Shown here in pieces: positions 52,839 to 64,000 of a stretch of DNA of 64,000 nt. The notes beneath the pieces were generated by a model. It was given only the letters and a program-made list of their open reading frames with translations. It made no database searches and was not told where the DNA came from. Made by a program: the position numbers and the translations under genes. Source of the stretch: Chrysomallon squamiferum (lineage: Eukaryota > Animalia > Mollusca); NCBI GenBank assembly GCA_012295275.1, contig CM022670.1:14136001-14200000 (forward strand). The letters are read 5' to 3'. Positions within the stretch are counted from its first letter, which is position 1. Every line of letters starts with the position of its first letter.

Positions 52839-54523
52839 ATTAATAAACCAACAACATACACATGAAAAAACAACAAAAACAAACAACAAAAACAACCCAA
52901 ATAAATAGGAATATATTAAAGAAATTTATCTATTAAAGTTTATTAACAACAACAACAAAACAAACAAACGACAAAAACAACCCCAATAAATAGCAGTATA
53001 TTAATTTATCTGTTAAAGTTCATTAAACTTCTTTTTTGTTTGTTTTGTTTTTGTAATTATGTAGGATAATATAATTTTAAAACTTCTAATAAAAAAGGTT
53101 AGCTTGTGGGTTCTTTAAAGATAGTTTATACTTTTTTAGCTTTTAGTTAATCAATCAACTTTATTCACATAAAAACCATTAGTTGTGGTACATATGCAGT
53201 CACATTTGTATGTGAGCTGATGACTTATCTACTGATACAGCATTCAAGTATAAAAAGAAACCCATTCATTTAACTTCACTGCTTATCATTTGAAAGTAGG
53301 TTATCACTGTTCATGTAACAGACCACTTTATTTCAGGATGTTTGACACATGACCAGTGACTAGACTTGACTGAAATACATCTCATAAACAACCATAACTT
53401 TAACACTGTTTTAGACTACATTATTTTGTTATTTAGTGTTATTAAAAGCAATAAAAAAATTAAAAAAAATTAAAAATTAAAAAACAAAATTAAAGAAAAT
53501 TAATAAAAAAAGATAATAATTGTAACACTTATATTGAAGTATCTGTTCACAGATTGCCAGTGAAGTATTAAAATAGGATTCTTGGTTTAATTCAGCCCCG
53601 GTAAGGTAGCAGATGGTAAACAGTTTATTGCAGAAATTGCAGTTGCCTCAAAATTGCCAGAAATAATTGCATCTCTTTCTAAAGCATCAGCTGCTTTATG
53701 TCCCTTTTGTGGAATTTGGTTATTTTATCTTGGTCATGTGACTTTGATATACATCAGTAAGTTTATTGTGTTCACTTAGTAGACCGTAATTCTTACGACC
53801 AAAAGTACACTGTAATATAAGTATCCATCCGGTTACTCTGAGGGCCTCAAGAAATCAAGAAAATACTTCAGTTTGTTTTAACTGTTTTGATATGCCTTTA
53901 CTCTTTCACTAATATTTATTATTGTTCTGAATGAATGTACTCTTTGGAAATCAGTTTTGAAGTTGTTAAACATTCAGGTAGTACTAATTAATTCATTCAT
54001 TTAGTTACATACTTGTAACTTATTTATTTATTTATTTGCAGTAATTTATTCATTTATAGAAATGATGCATTAATCCTTTTGATTTGCTGTATAATGATAA
54101 TATATATCTGTATGTGGTAATAAATGTTTTTGTATTTGTGCATGTACATATGCATGTAAATGTTTATGTCTTTGAGCTAGTTTCTTTATATATATATATA
54201 TATATATATATAGATGTTAAGATAGTCATATATGTTTTTAAAAAATGATTAATTTATTTTAATTTGAAAATATATTTTAGTTATTGTACTTTTTTTGAAT
54301 AGAGAATAATTTTCATATCTTTTGATTTTAAATTTATAATTTTTTATGTGCTAAAGAATGTTCCATGTGAACAAATATGAAAATTGGTTTTTATTATTTG
54401 ATTTAATTTTTTTATCACAGTCATTTTTTTTCTTTCTTCTTATGAAATATCTATTAAGTGATCTAACTAGAAATGCCATTTTATTTTTGTTTTTCAACAG
54501 TGAGTACTGTTTTTAAAGAAATA

Positions 54524-54628
54524 ATGGACCGAACTGTGTTGTTATCGCTGGAGGGAATGGCAGCTCAGTCATGTGTGAACAAAATTGAGTCTAATTTGGC
54601 AAATGAAAGAGGTGTCATTAATATTAAG
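54524..54628 (+). CDS. ATP7: ATP7 copy 2 coding exon 1 (degenerate HMA1, GMAAQSC)
   Basis: [25 protein letters not shown], homologous to 13706-13810. Confidence 0.85.
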
Positions 54629-55539
54629 GTAACTAATACATTTTTTCATTTTTGTAGATTATAAATATTTGATAAATTAAAGACAGTTCTTATATTTTAT
54701 AATGAATTATATTAGTTTAAAGAAATGTTATTAGTTATCAAAGCAGTTAATTGTTTTTGTTTTCTTCAGCAAATTTATTTCCATAGGTAAAAAACCCACC
54801 AAAACTAAAATCCAACCCCCCACAAAAACAACACTAAAGCCGAGCAATAAACAAACAGTAAAAAAGCAAAATCACCACCACCAACAAAAAACTTTAATAG
54901 TAATTATATTTGTGTTGTCTACAGAAATAATATTCAGTTGCATATTAGCTGCTTGGTATGGTTCAGTTTTATTATCATTGCTGAAACCTTTATGCAGAAT
55001 TATTTCAAGTATAAATTTATATTTGTTTCTTTTCTTTTTTTTTATTTCTAAAATAGCTTGAATTAATCTATTTAAAAATTAATTACTTTCATTTACAGGA
55101 ATAAGATATTGCTTATATATTTCTAAAATGTACTTTTAGATATTTTAATTTGATCTTTTACACAATTGCAACTAAGTAATATTTTTTTAGTGTCCCTCTG
55201 ATTGTATCTGTAGATGGTATATGGCCATTCTGAATACTTTAAACTTATTTTTTTGTTTTTTTGAGCTGTTTGACATGGCTTATAACAGTGTAAAAAAATA
55301 AAATAAAATGTTACAAAACATTTAAACATTTTACCCTTTGATAACTGGACTCTGAGTACATGGTAGACTGAAGGCAATATATATATTTTTTTTCTTCTTC
55401 TGGTAATGCTAAAAGAAAGTGCAGCAAATTGGTTTACTCTGCATGTAATGATTTCACAATTACAGGAAAATGGCACTGTTCAGATAATTTTAAATTACAT
55501 TCATTGTTGTTGTACTTTGTTATTAAGACTGAATAAATC

Positions 55540-55576
<37 letters not shown>

Positions 55577-58500
55577 TAACAAACAAAAATAAAACCCCAA
55601 AGCTGTCACCTAACTTCAAGATATTCAGACTATTTCTTAATATCACCACTGGTACATTTTAATTTTTATACTGATAACATAAATAGTTAATATTAAGTAA
55701 ATTATATATTAGAAGCACAATCATAAACATTAGTATCAATATTAATTATTGGAAATTAAATACTCGTTGAACAAAAGTTTGAGGTGCTGTCTATTAATGA
55801 TGGTCTGACTCTAGCCAAATTGTTTACCTTTCAGGTCTGGCTTCAACAAAAAAAAGCATTAATTAACTATCGACCAACAGAAACTAACCCAGGAATTCTA
55901 GTAGAGAAGGTTGAAGATTTGGGCTACAGTGTCAAAGTTAAGGAAATACACACAAGGAATCCTTTGTCTGAAGAAGGTACTGCTACCAAAGAAACTTTAA
56001 TAAACATTGAAGGTATGACATGTATGTCATGTGTTAGAACAATTGAGGGAGTGGCATCAAAGCTTGATGGTATTCAACAGATAAACGTTTCACTTGAGAA
56101 TGAATCAGCCACTGTTTCCTATGATCCTTCAAAATTAACTCCAGAAAAAATTGCAGAACGAATTGATAACATTGGCTTTGATGCAAAGGTTCATAAGGCA
56201 CATCCAGTGTATCATAATGTAACAATACATGTTGAAGGAATGACAGGCCAGTCATGTGTGAAAACCATTGAAACAAATTTGCTAAAAAAGGATGGCGTTA
56301 AAGAAGTCAGAGTTTCTCTGGCTGCAAAGCAAGCTTTTATTATATATGATCCAAAGAAAACCAATCCTGAAGTGCTGTTCTCATATCTTTGTGACATGGG
56401 TTTCAGTGCATCGTTACCTGCCCCTGGTGAAAGTAACTTAAATGATAATGCAGGGAACAATGACAGAGAGGCAGCCAGGCCATCCAAAGAACGCGAATGC
56501 GTTATTGACATAGATGGAATGACTTGTGGGTCGTGCGTGAAAATAATTGAAAACACTATTTCCTCTGAAATTGGTGTTAAAAGTATCAAAGTGTCCTTAG
56601 AAAATAGAAATGGAATTGTTCAGTATGATAGCTCTTTGACAAATGCTAAAGTTATAGCAGATAAGATTGATGATATGGGCTTTGTAACTAAAGTTGTAAG
56701 TGAGCAACACATTTCAACATCCAAAACAGACAGAGTTGATAAGGTGGTGATTGGTATCAAAGGAATGACTTGCCAGTCTTGTATCAGAACTATAGAAGGG
56801 AAAATGAATGATCATTTGGGTGTTAAACAGATCAAAGTGTCACTTTCTGAACAGAAAGCAGATATTACATACTATCCTAAAAAAGCATCACCCAGAATGC
56901 TGTGTGATGCTATCAGTGATATGGGTTTTGAAGCCACACTGCCAGGTCAGTATAATTGGCGTACTATTTTATGAGTTTTTTGTCCAAAATTTACTAAAAT
57001 TATGTAAGGCTAGAAATAATTAGAAACAAAAGTAAATCATAATTATTAATATATGTTGCACAATCACTGAACTTGTATGCATCAATGAATATTTATGACC
57101 TAAGCATATAATTCTTTAATAATAATACTGGAAAAAAAAAATGATACAGCAAATTGAATTTGATAACTGATATCTCTAGATGTTTATGAATGCTTAGCCA
57201 GTTAAAGTTTAACTTTTTATTGAACAGCTAGAAAACAATGTTGACTCATATTTTTTCTGACTGAATTATGCTAAATAAATTCACATTGACAGCTGAGATT
57301 TTAGCAATAAATTATGCTTTAAAGTTAAATCTGAATACTAATTCTAGTAGATATTTGTGAAACATTAGTCTGGGATACTAACATTATTCTTGTGCTTAAA
57401 TACTTAAAGATGTTTTGTTAAGTGATGGATAATTTAATTTTTTCTATTTTTGTGGAAAAGAAGTAATGTTTGAAATTTGATGAAGAAGATTTAGACTTTA
57501 TTTTTAAAACAGGATTATATGTTTTAAATGATATTTATTAAATTATTTACGAGTCATATTTGACGATGTTAAATGAAGTAACAATATCATTGTTATTATT
57601 TTAATGTACTTAATGATGAAATTTGTTAACTGAAATAATTACCTTAGGAAAAAAGCAGAAAAACCCAGAAAGAAAGCAAAAGAAAAAGCAAAAAAACAAA
57701 CAAGCGAAAAACAACAAGAACAAGAACAAATAAACAAAAACAAATAGTTTCTAATTATATACATACTTTTTCTTCCAGAAGGTCCAGCTGTGAATCTGGA
57801 GCCTACCATTGAAATAATAAATCCACATAAACTGATCATGTCTCAGGCAAACGTGAAATTCCATAAAGAAGGTGATATTGAAGCTGCAGATTTTGAGAAG
57901 TGTTACTTGAAAGTAACTGGCATGACATGTGCTTCATGTGTGTCAACAATAGAAAAAAATATTGGAAAAATTGAAGGTACATTTTTGATTATCCTCTGTT
58001 AGCTCTTTAAAGTAATGCACACTTTTTAACTGATAAATGCTTTTCTGTAGATGGGATGATATACACATAAATAATCTTTTGCTAAATAACTAACTGAATC
58101 ATGGCAGGTTTCCCCTCATCGACGTCATTACATAATTATATATTTGGGACTAATAACCATTAATATATTATCTTGAACGTTAATTTTTATCTCTTTAATA
58201 ACTCAAGCAGGTAAATTGTACGATGTAAGTAATAAGACACTCATTTTTGTTTCAGGTATACAGACAGTTTTAGTAGCTTTAATGGCACAGAAGGCTGAAG
58301 TGAAGTATGACCCAGCATACATCCTTCCATCTCAGATAGCAAGTGCGATTAACGAACTTGGTTTCAGAACAACAGTTATTGAGGTAGATGGTGCTGGAGA
58401 GGGAACTGTGGAACTCACTGTGAGTTTTTTCGAAGTTAATATATAATACAAATTTATGATGGACTAAACATTCTAAGATGTGCAACCTTCTAGTTGTTGT

Positions 58501-60397
58501 TTTTCCTTTGCTGGAGAATCAGTAATGTTTTATCTAAATTACCTTAAAGACTGATAGAAATATTGAGTGTATATATATAAATTCCAGTGCAATAATTATG
58601 CCATTTTGCAACTTGTTAAATAGTGTTAATAAAAAACTATTGTAGTCTGTTGAATAGCTATTATATAATTAATATCTGTTATAAAATACAATATCAATGT
58701 TTATAGTTGATTCAGCTCTTTCAAATTATTTGTAAATGTGTTAAAGAAACAGTTAAAAATAGTTTATTTTATTTTGTACAAAGATTACAGGCATGACCTG
58801 TACCTCATGTGTTCATCTCATTGAATCAACATTAAAGAAAAAAGCTGGAATAATAGCTGCTTCAGTTGCATTGTCAACATCGAGAGGAAAATTTACTTAC
58901 AAAACTGATGAAACTGGACCCAGAGATATCATTGATATCATAAAGGTAGTATATCCTGTACATGCATACATTTCATTTTTTTAAATAAAATATTAATATA
59001 TCAGATAAAAATAAAATTTTACTGCCACTAAAATGTAATTTGTAGTTATATGCAGATGTGATGGCACAGAGAAATGAAAAAATAACCTTCAATAATTAAT
59101 AAGTAAATACATGAATAATCAAATAATAAAATAATCTTGAAACATCAATATACAATAACAGTTTTAAATTTAGTTGTTGAAAAGATAAATATCTTAAGAA
59201 TCTAAAATTATATATAAAATGGTTATTTGCTGTAAAATGAAGTTTGCATGTGTATGTATCTGTGTGTTTGTGTTTGTGGTTGTATGTCAAAGTTTCACAA
59301 AATGAAGTTGGAAGTCTGCAAAACTCATTTTGACTAAATTCTATTTTTTTTTATCTTTAAGCTATTAGATCTCAGTCCATTTTAATTAGATCTAATAGAC
59401 TAACAAAAGTAAGCTTTTAGTAACATTGGTAACTATCATAAAGGTCCAAATATAAAAATTTCCTTTTTCTTTATTTTAAGGTTTCTATTCCCCGAACATG
59501 TTTCTCATGTCATAACTTTGTTAGAACTGATGGATCTTTTATTATGGCATGTCTTGCTACTCTTTCAAGTGGTACCAATAACTCATTTCTGAATTTGTTT
59601 TTTTGAAAAATGATCATTTTGTCAGACTTTGACACTCACACATGATCTTTCATTTGGAAAATGTTTTTTGCTTTAAGTATAAATGTTTCTTCTTCACTGA
59701 TTACTTATGTACTAGTTAATGGTCAATGTTGTTTTGATTTTTTGGCAGTCTCTGGGGTTTGAAGCTCATCTAATGACAGATGATGATGACATTGCAAGAT
59801 ATGATCACAGAAATGACATAAGAAGGTTTGAATTAAAACAGTTTCAGTTATATGGCATTTTTAATTATAACAGCATTTAATTATTTCTCACTATATTTGA
59901 AATTTTGTTCAACTCAATTTAATTAACAAAAATATATATTAAGTAAAAGTTCGTTCTCCTTTTGTCTTTTCTTTATAAATAATTTTTAATAACTTAATGT
60001 GACTTACAGTTTTAAAATAATAAAATAAAAATAAAAATTTCAGATGGCGAAGTTCATTCCTGCTGTCCTTGGTGTTCGGCTTACCTGTGCTGGTTATTAT
60101 GTTGTACTTCATGTTCCATGAGCCTGCCACAGAACCAGAACCAGTAATGTTTAATGCCACAACATCAGGCAATGAAACAACGCCAAAACCAAAACCAAAA
60201 CTAAATACAGATTACCAGATTATGGTTTTTCCAGGGTTGTCTGTGGAAAATCTGCTTCTGTTTCTGTTGTCAACTCCAGTTCAGGTTTGTAAATAAATAA
60301 TATTAAGAAAAAAAGTAAACTTTTTGATTTTTTGAGACATTGTAATTGTTTGAATACATGTACATACATACACACATAAATATATATATATGTATAG

Positions 60398-60431
<34 letters not shown>

Positions 60432-61886
60432 TGCCATAGTTTATTTAAATATATATATATATCTTATATATATATATATTTATCATAATTTTATTAAGAA
60501 TTGAAGATATTTTAGATGTTTATAAAAGTTTATTTTCAGTTTGTAGGTGGCCGTTACTTTTACATCCAGGCCTTCAAAGCTCTGAAACACAGATCAGCTA
60601 ATATGGACGTATTGGTTGTCTTGGCAACAACCATATCTTACACCTATTCAGTTATTATTGTGGTTGTAGCAATGGCCATGCAAGAAGAGACAAGTCCGAG
60701 GACATTTTTTGAGACAACTCCTATGTTGATGGTGTTCATTGCTCTTGGCAGGTGGCTGGAACACATTGCTAAGGTATCTGATAATATTTGTTTATATTGT
60801 ATTTAGTTTCAAACAGCTAGCTGCTTGAAATAACTTATTTACCAGAATATATTTTTATAAAAATGCGTTTGATCTTTTTTCTCCATCTTTCTTTGTTTTT
60901 TGTTTGTTTTTCCATTTTATGTCATTTTAAATGGATGCAGAAATATGTATCTATAACATCCTGCACAAATCAGTATTGCATTGTAGTTATTTAATGCATA
61001 GAAACTAAAAAAAAAGAACAAAAATGTTCTCATCTGCCCTTCAGTTGATTCCTTACAACTGATCCTGTATCATGTTTCAAGTAACTATATATACTTACAT
61101 ACATTTATTTTTATAACTTCATTTTGCCTTTAACCAAATATTTCTATACATATCTCCAGGGCAAGACAAGTGAAGCTTTGGCCAAGTTGATGTCACTTCA
61201 AGCCTCAGAAGCAGTTTTAGTGGAGGTGGACAAAGAATACAATATTCTAAGAGAGGAAGTAATTGGTGTAGACCTTGTTCAGCGAGGAGATGTTCTGAAG
61301 GTTAGATGGTCTGATGCAAATGCACACTCATTGTTTATTCTTCTGTAGAGTTAACATTATAAGTGAGTTATGTTAAGGCATTATTTGATATTCTTTATGG
61401 ATTATTCTTTATTCAGTCATTGTAACAGTATTGCTTTTTTTTCTCAAAATAAATAAACAATATTTTGGTTTTCATGCTTAAATTCACAAAACTTTAAACC
61501 ATATACATCTGGATTAATACATCCAACTTTGTATCAAAAAACAAAAAATAAATAAACAAACCCCATAGATTTTAAATTGTCATACTCCAGTTGAATGTGG
61601 CTAGTATTATTTTATATATATATATATATTGTTTGTTTGTTTTTTTATATCTAACAGGTAGTGCCTGGAGAAAAGATTCCAGTGGATGGCAGAGTACTGG
61701 AAGGCTCTACAACTTGTGATGAATCCCTTATTACTGGAGAGAGCATGCCAGTACCCAAAACACCAGGTACTTTTGGTGCATGGTACATTAACTGTCATAA
61801 ATACATCTTCATTTTACAGCAGGACTGAATGTTTGTTATTTATTAACCATTGTTTAAAGACAAATCACATAATAACTTTTGAAACA

Positions 61887-61918
<32 letters not shown>

Positions 61919-64000
61919 CATTATTATTATTATTATTATTGATTTATTTATTTATTTATTTATTTAATTTTTTTTTTTAGTTGCCAATTATTACATTGGT
62001 TTTGTAAATTATTGTTTTCTTATTAATTCTTTAACACACAAAATGTTATTGCAGGTTTATTTTGTTTTGATTAAAAATGGGAAAAAATTCAGGTTTATTA
62101 TTCTTAAATCTAACTATTGTTCAGGCATTCTGAGAGTTTATACAATCAATTAACAATTACAAAAATTGGAACTGTATTTGATTAGCTTTTTGCTAATGAT
62201 CTGCTGTTTCACTTAGTACATGTGAAATATTAAAATCAAGTACTTTTTGTTTACAGGTTGCTCTGTAATTGGTGGTTCCATCAACCAAAATGGAGTTCTG
62301 TTGATAAAAGCTACACATGTAGGATCAGACACCACTCTGTCACAGATTGTCAAACTGGTTGAAGAGGCTCAAACTTCAAAGGTAAACTATTTCTATTGCT
62401 TCTTTTAATGACTACTGATGTCAGCTAAATTCCTGCTGATTTTCTTTTCAGTGTTTTGTTTAGTATTATTTACTTCTTTTTTAATGATACAGCTACATTC
62501 TAAACATCAGTGCGATCTCTCTCTTTCTGATCTGATTAAATGTACATATGAATAAATGTCTGTTAAGAAAAGATTAATTGTAATTTCATAACTTCAACTA
62601 TATAATGTAATACGGTTTTAGCTTTTAAAAAAGTTTTGCAGATAAGTAATGGGTTTACTATGATTTTAAAAAACAAAAACAAAATATAAAAGATTTGATG
62701 GTATTTATGGTTTTTCAGTAACATGTTATTTCTATAATAGAAATCTCATACCACTGAAGTAGTTTCTGAAGAGTTCATATAATATTTTTTGTATTGAGCT
62801 CAAAAAAGTTTTACTGTCAATGTTAAAAGATTGTTGTGTTTTGTAAACTACTAATAAGTGAGTTTCTTTTATTTTGACTATTTTGTTTACTTCATAATCA
62901 GTACAGTATTGTTGATAAAAACTGTTTCAAGTAATTATAACATTTATTTATTTATTTCTACAGGCACCAATCCAGGAACTGGCAGACAAGATTGCTGGTT
63001 TCTTTGTTCCTATTGTGTGCACGCTGTCTTTGCTTACACTGACAGTGTGGATTGTTATTGGCTTCATTGACATTACACTAATTGTTCCAGAGTTCAAGGT
63101 GGGTGCATATTATTATTCTGCAGATACTGTTTTGATTATTACAAGAAAGTTCAATGCATCAAACAGAATAAAGCACAATTAAATAGCTGAACTTTTATTA
63201 AAACATATTTATCTTTTTCTGCACATGACAAATGTGTACATACATTTGTTTATTTACTGAAATGTTACAATAAACTGCATTTATTCTGAACTTGTGTGTG
63301 TATGAAGGACTGATAAAAAATGTCCTATTGTGATGTTGATGTACTTTGATAAATGAAGAAAGAAAATAAAGTTAAACAGAATAGATAATTAGTGAAAATG
63401 CTAGTATTTGTCTGTTGCATATAAACTAATATATACAAACATTAGTTGAACATATTTTGATGCAGATGTATGAATGTTGGTAATTACTGTTGTAGTTAAT
63501 GTTAATTATTTTATTTTGTATATAAAATACTTAGTGAGTTTATATAATTTTGCAGGAAGGGGGTTCAATTCAGAAGACAGAGGCAGTTTTTCAGAAAGCA
63601 TTTCAGTACGCCATTACTGTTCTCAGTATAGCCTGTCCATGTGCACTTGGCTTGGCAACACCTACTGCAGTGATGGTAGGCACAGGAGTTGGAGCCATCA
63701 ACGGCATACTCATCAAAGGAGGAGAACCTCTGGAAATGACTCACCAGGCATGTTTTATAAGATGTTTTGTTTATAAAAATTGCTTTCTTGACTCATATTC
63801 ATTTACATAGAGCTATATTATTTGGTAGATTCCTTCTTACTATATGCATATTAATGTTCTCTTTCAATTAAAATAGAAAAGTATAATAAATTAAATATAA
63901 GTGCAGATATTGCATTTCATAATTTCTGGCACACTGTTTCATTTGAAAAAGTGTTAGAATGAAGTATATTTAAAACTGATTTGATTTATTTTTTGTTTAG
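54524..64000 (+). CDS. ATP7: Copper-transporting P1B-type ATPase ATP7, copy 2 (tandem paralogue), truncated by the window end after the CPC exon
   Basis: 13 exons with the same intron positions and phases as copy 1; HMA motifs, TGES and CPC; open frame throughout. Confidence 0.95.
55835..56945 (+). CDS. ATP7: ATP7 copy 2 exon 2 (HMA2-5)
   Basis: ORF 55784..56974. Confidence 0.95.
57779..57976 (+). CDS. ATP7: ATP7 copy 2 exon 3
   Basis: [14 protein letters not shown]. Confidence 0.92.
58256..58419 (+). CDS. ATP7: ATP7 copy 2 exon 4
   Basis: [19 protein letters not shown]. Confidence 0.93.
58784..58945 (+). CDS. ATP7: ATP7 copy 2 exon 5 (HMA7, GMTCTSC)
   Basis: Homologous to 30859-31020. 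Confidence 0.92.
59749..59825 (+). CDS. ATP7: ATP7 copy 2 exon 6
   Basis: [26 protein letters not shown]. Confidence 0.9.
60044..60284 (+). CDS. ATP7: ATP7 copy 2 exon 7
   Basis: [14 protein letters not shown]...LSTPVQ. Confidence 0.92.
60540..60773 (+). CDS. ATP7: ATP7 copy 2 exon 8
   Basis: GGRYFY...ANMDVL...GRWLEHIAK. Confidence 0.94.
61160..61300 (+). CDS. ATP7: ATP7 copy 2 exon 9
   Basis: [14 protein letters not shown]. Confidence 0.93.
61658..61766 (+). CDS. ATP7: ATP7 copy 2 exon 10 (TGES)
   Basis: [11 protein letters not shown]...[11 protein letters not shown]; 109 nt. Confidence 0.93.
62257..62381 (+). CDS. ATP7: ATP7 copy 2 exon 11
   Basis: [11 protein letters not shown]...VEEAQTSK. 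Confidence 0.93.
62964..63098 (+). CDS. ATP7: ATP7 copy 2 exon 12
   Basis: [16 protein letters not shown]. Confidence 0.93.
63556..63747 (+). CDS. ATP7: ATP7 copy 2 exon 13 (CPC), followed by a GC donor
   Basis: [18 protein letters not shown]; 192 nt as in copy 1. Confidence 0.93.

Noticed and set aside
56034-56589. Antisense and alternative-frame ORFs overlapping ATP7 exons (also 27111, 27605, 34326, 36773)
   Set aside because: Shadow ORFs of real coding exons, with no independent evidence
46000-64000. Copy 2 as an uncollapsed haplotype or assembly duplication
   Set aside because: Introns differ in length and sequence, and most exons differ at many synonymous and amino-acid sites

Overview
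AT-rich, intron-containing animal genomic DNA. It is an invertebrate; mollusc-like is my inference from protein style and repeats, not established. The window holds three protein-coding genes. (1) ALG11, an alpha-1,2-mannosyltransferase on the minus strand, with 4 coding exons and about 500 aa. (2) A full-length ATP7-type P1B Cu(I)-ATPase on the plus strand, head-to-head with ALG11 across a small CpG-containing promoter, with 21 coding exons and about 1454 aa. (3) A tandem second ATP7 paralogue, of which 13 coding exons are visible before the window ends. Main points of interest: seven N-terminal HMA domains instead of the six in human ATP7A/B; loss of Cu-binding cysteines and luminal histidines in copy 2; two apparent gene-conversion tracts between the copies; a 1-bp frameshift in an A-run of copy 1, possibly an assembly error; a candidate alternative first exon inside the 12.9-kb intron that splits HMA1; and ALG11-ATP7 head-to-head synteny as in human ALG11/ATP7B. 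All exon boundaries were read by eye from splice signals and reading-frame phase.
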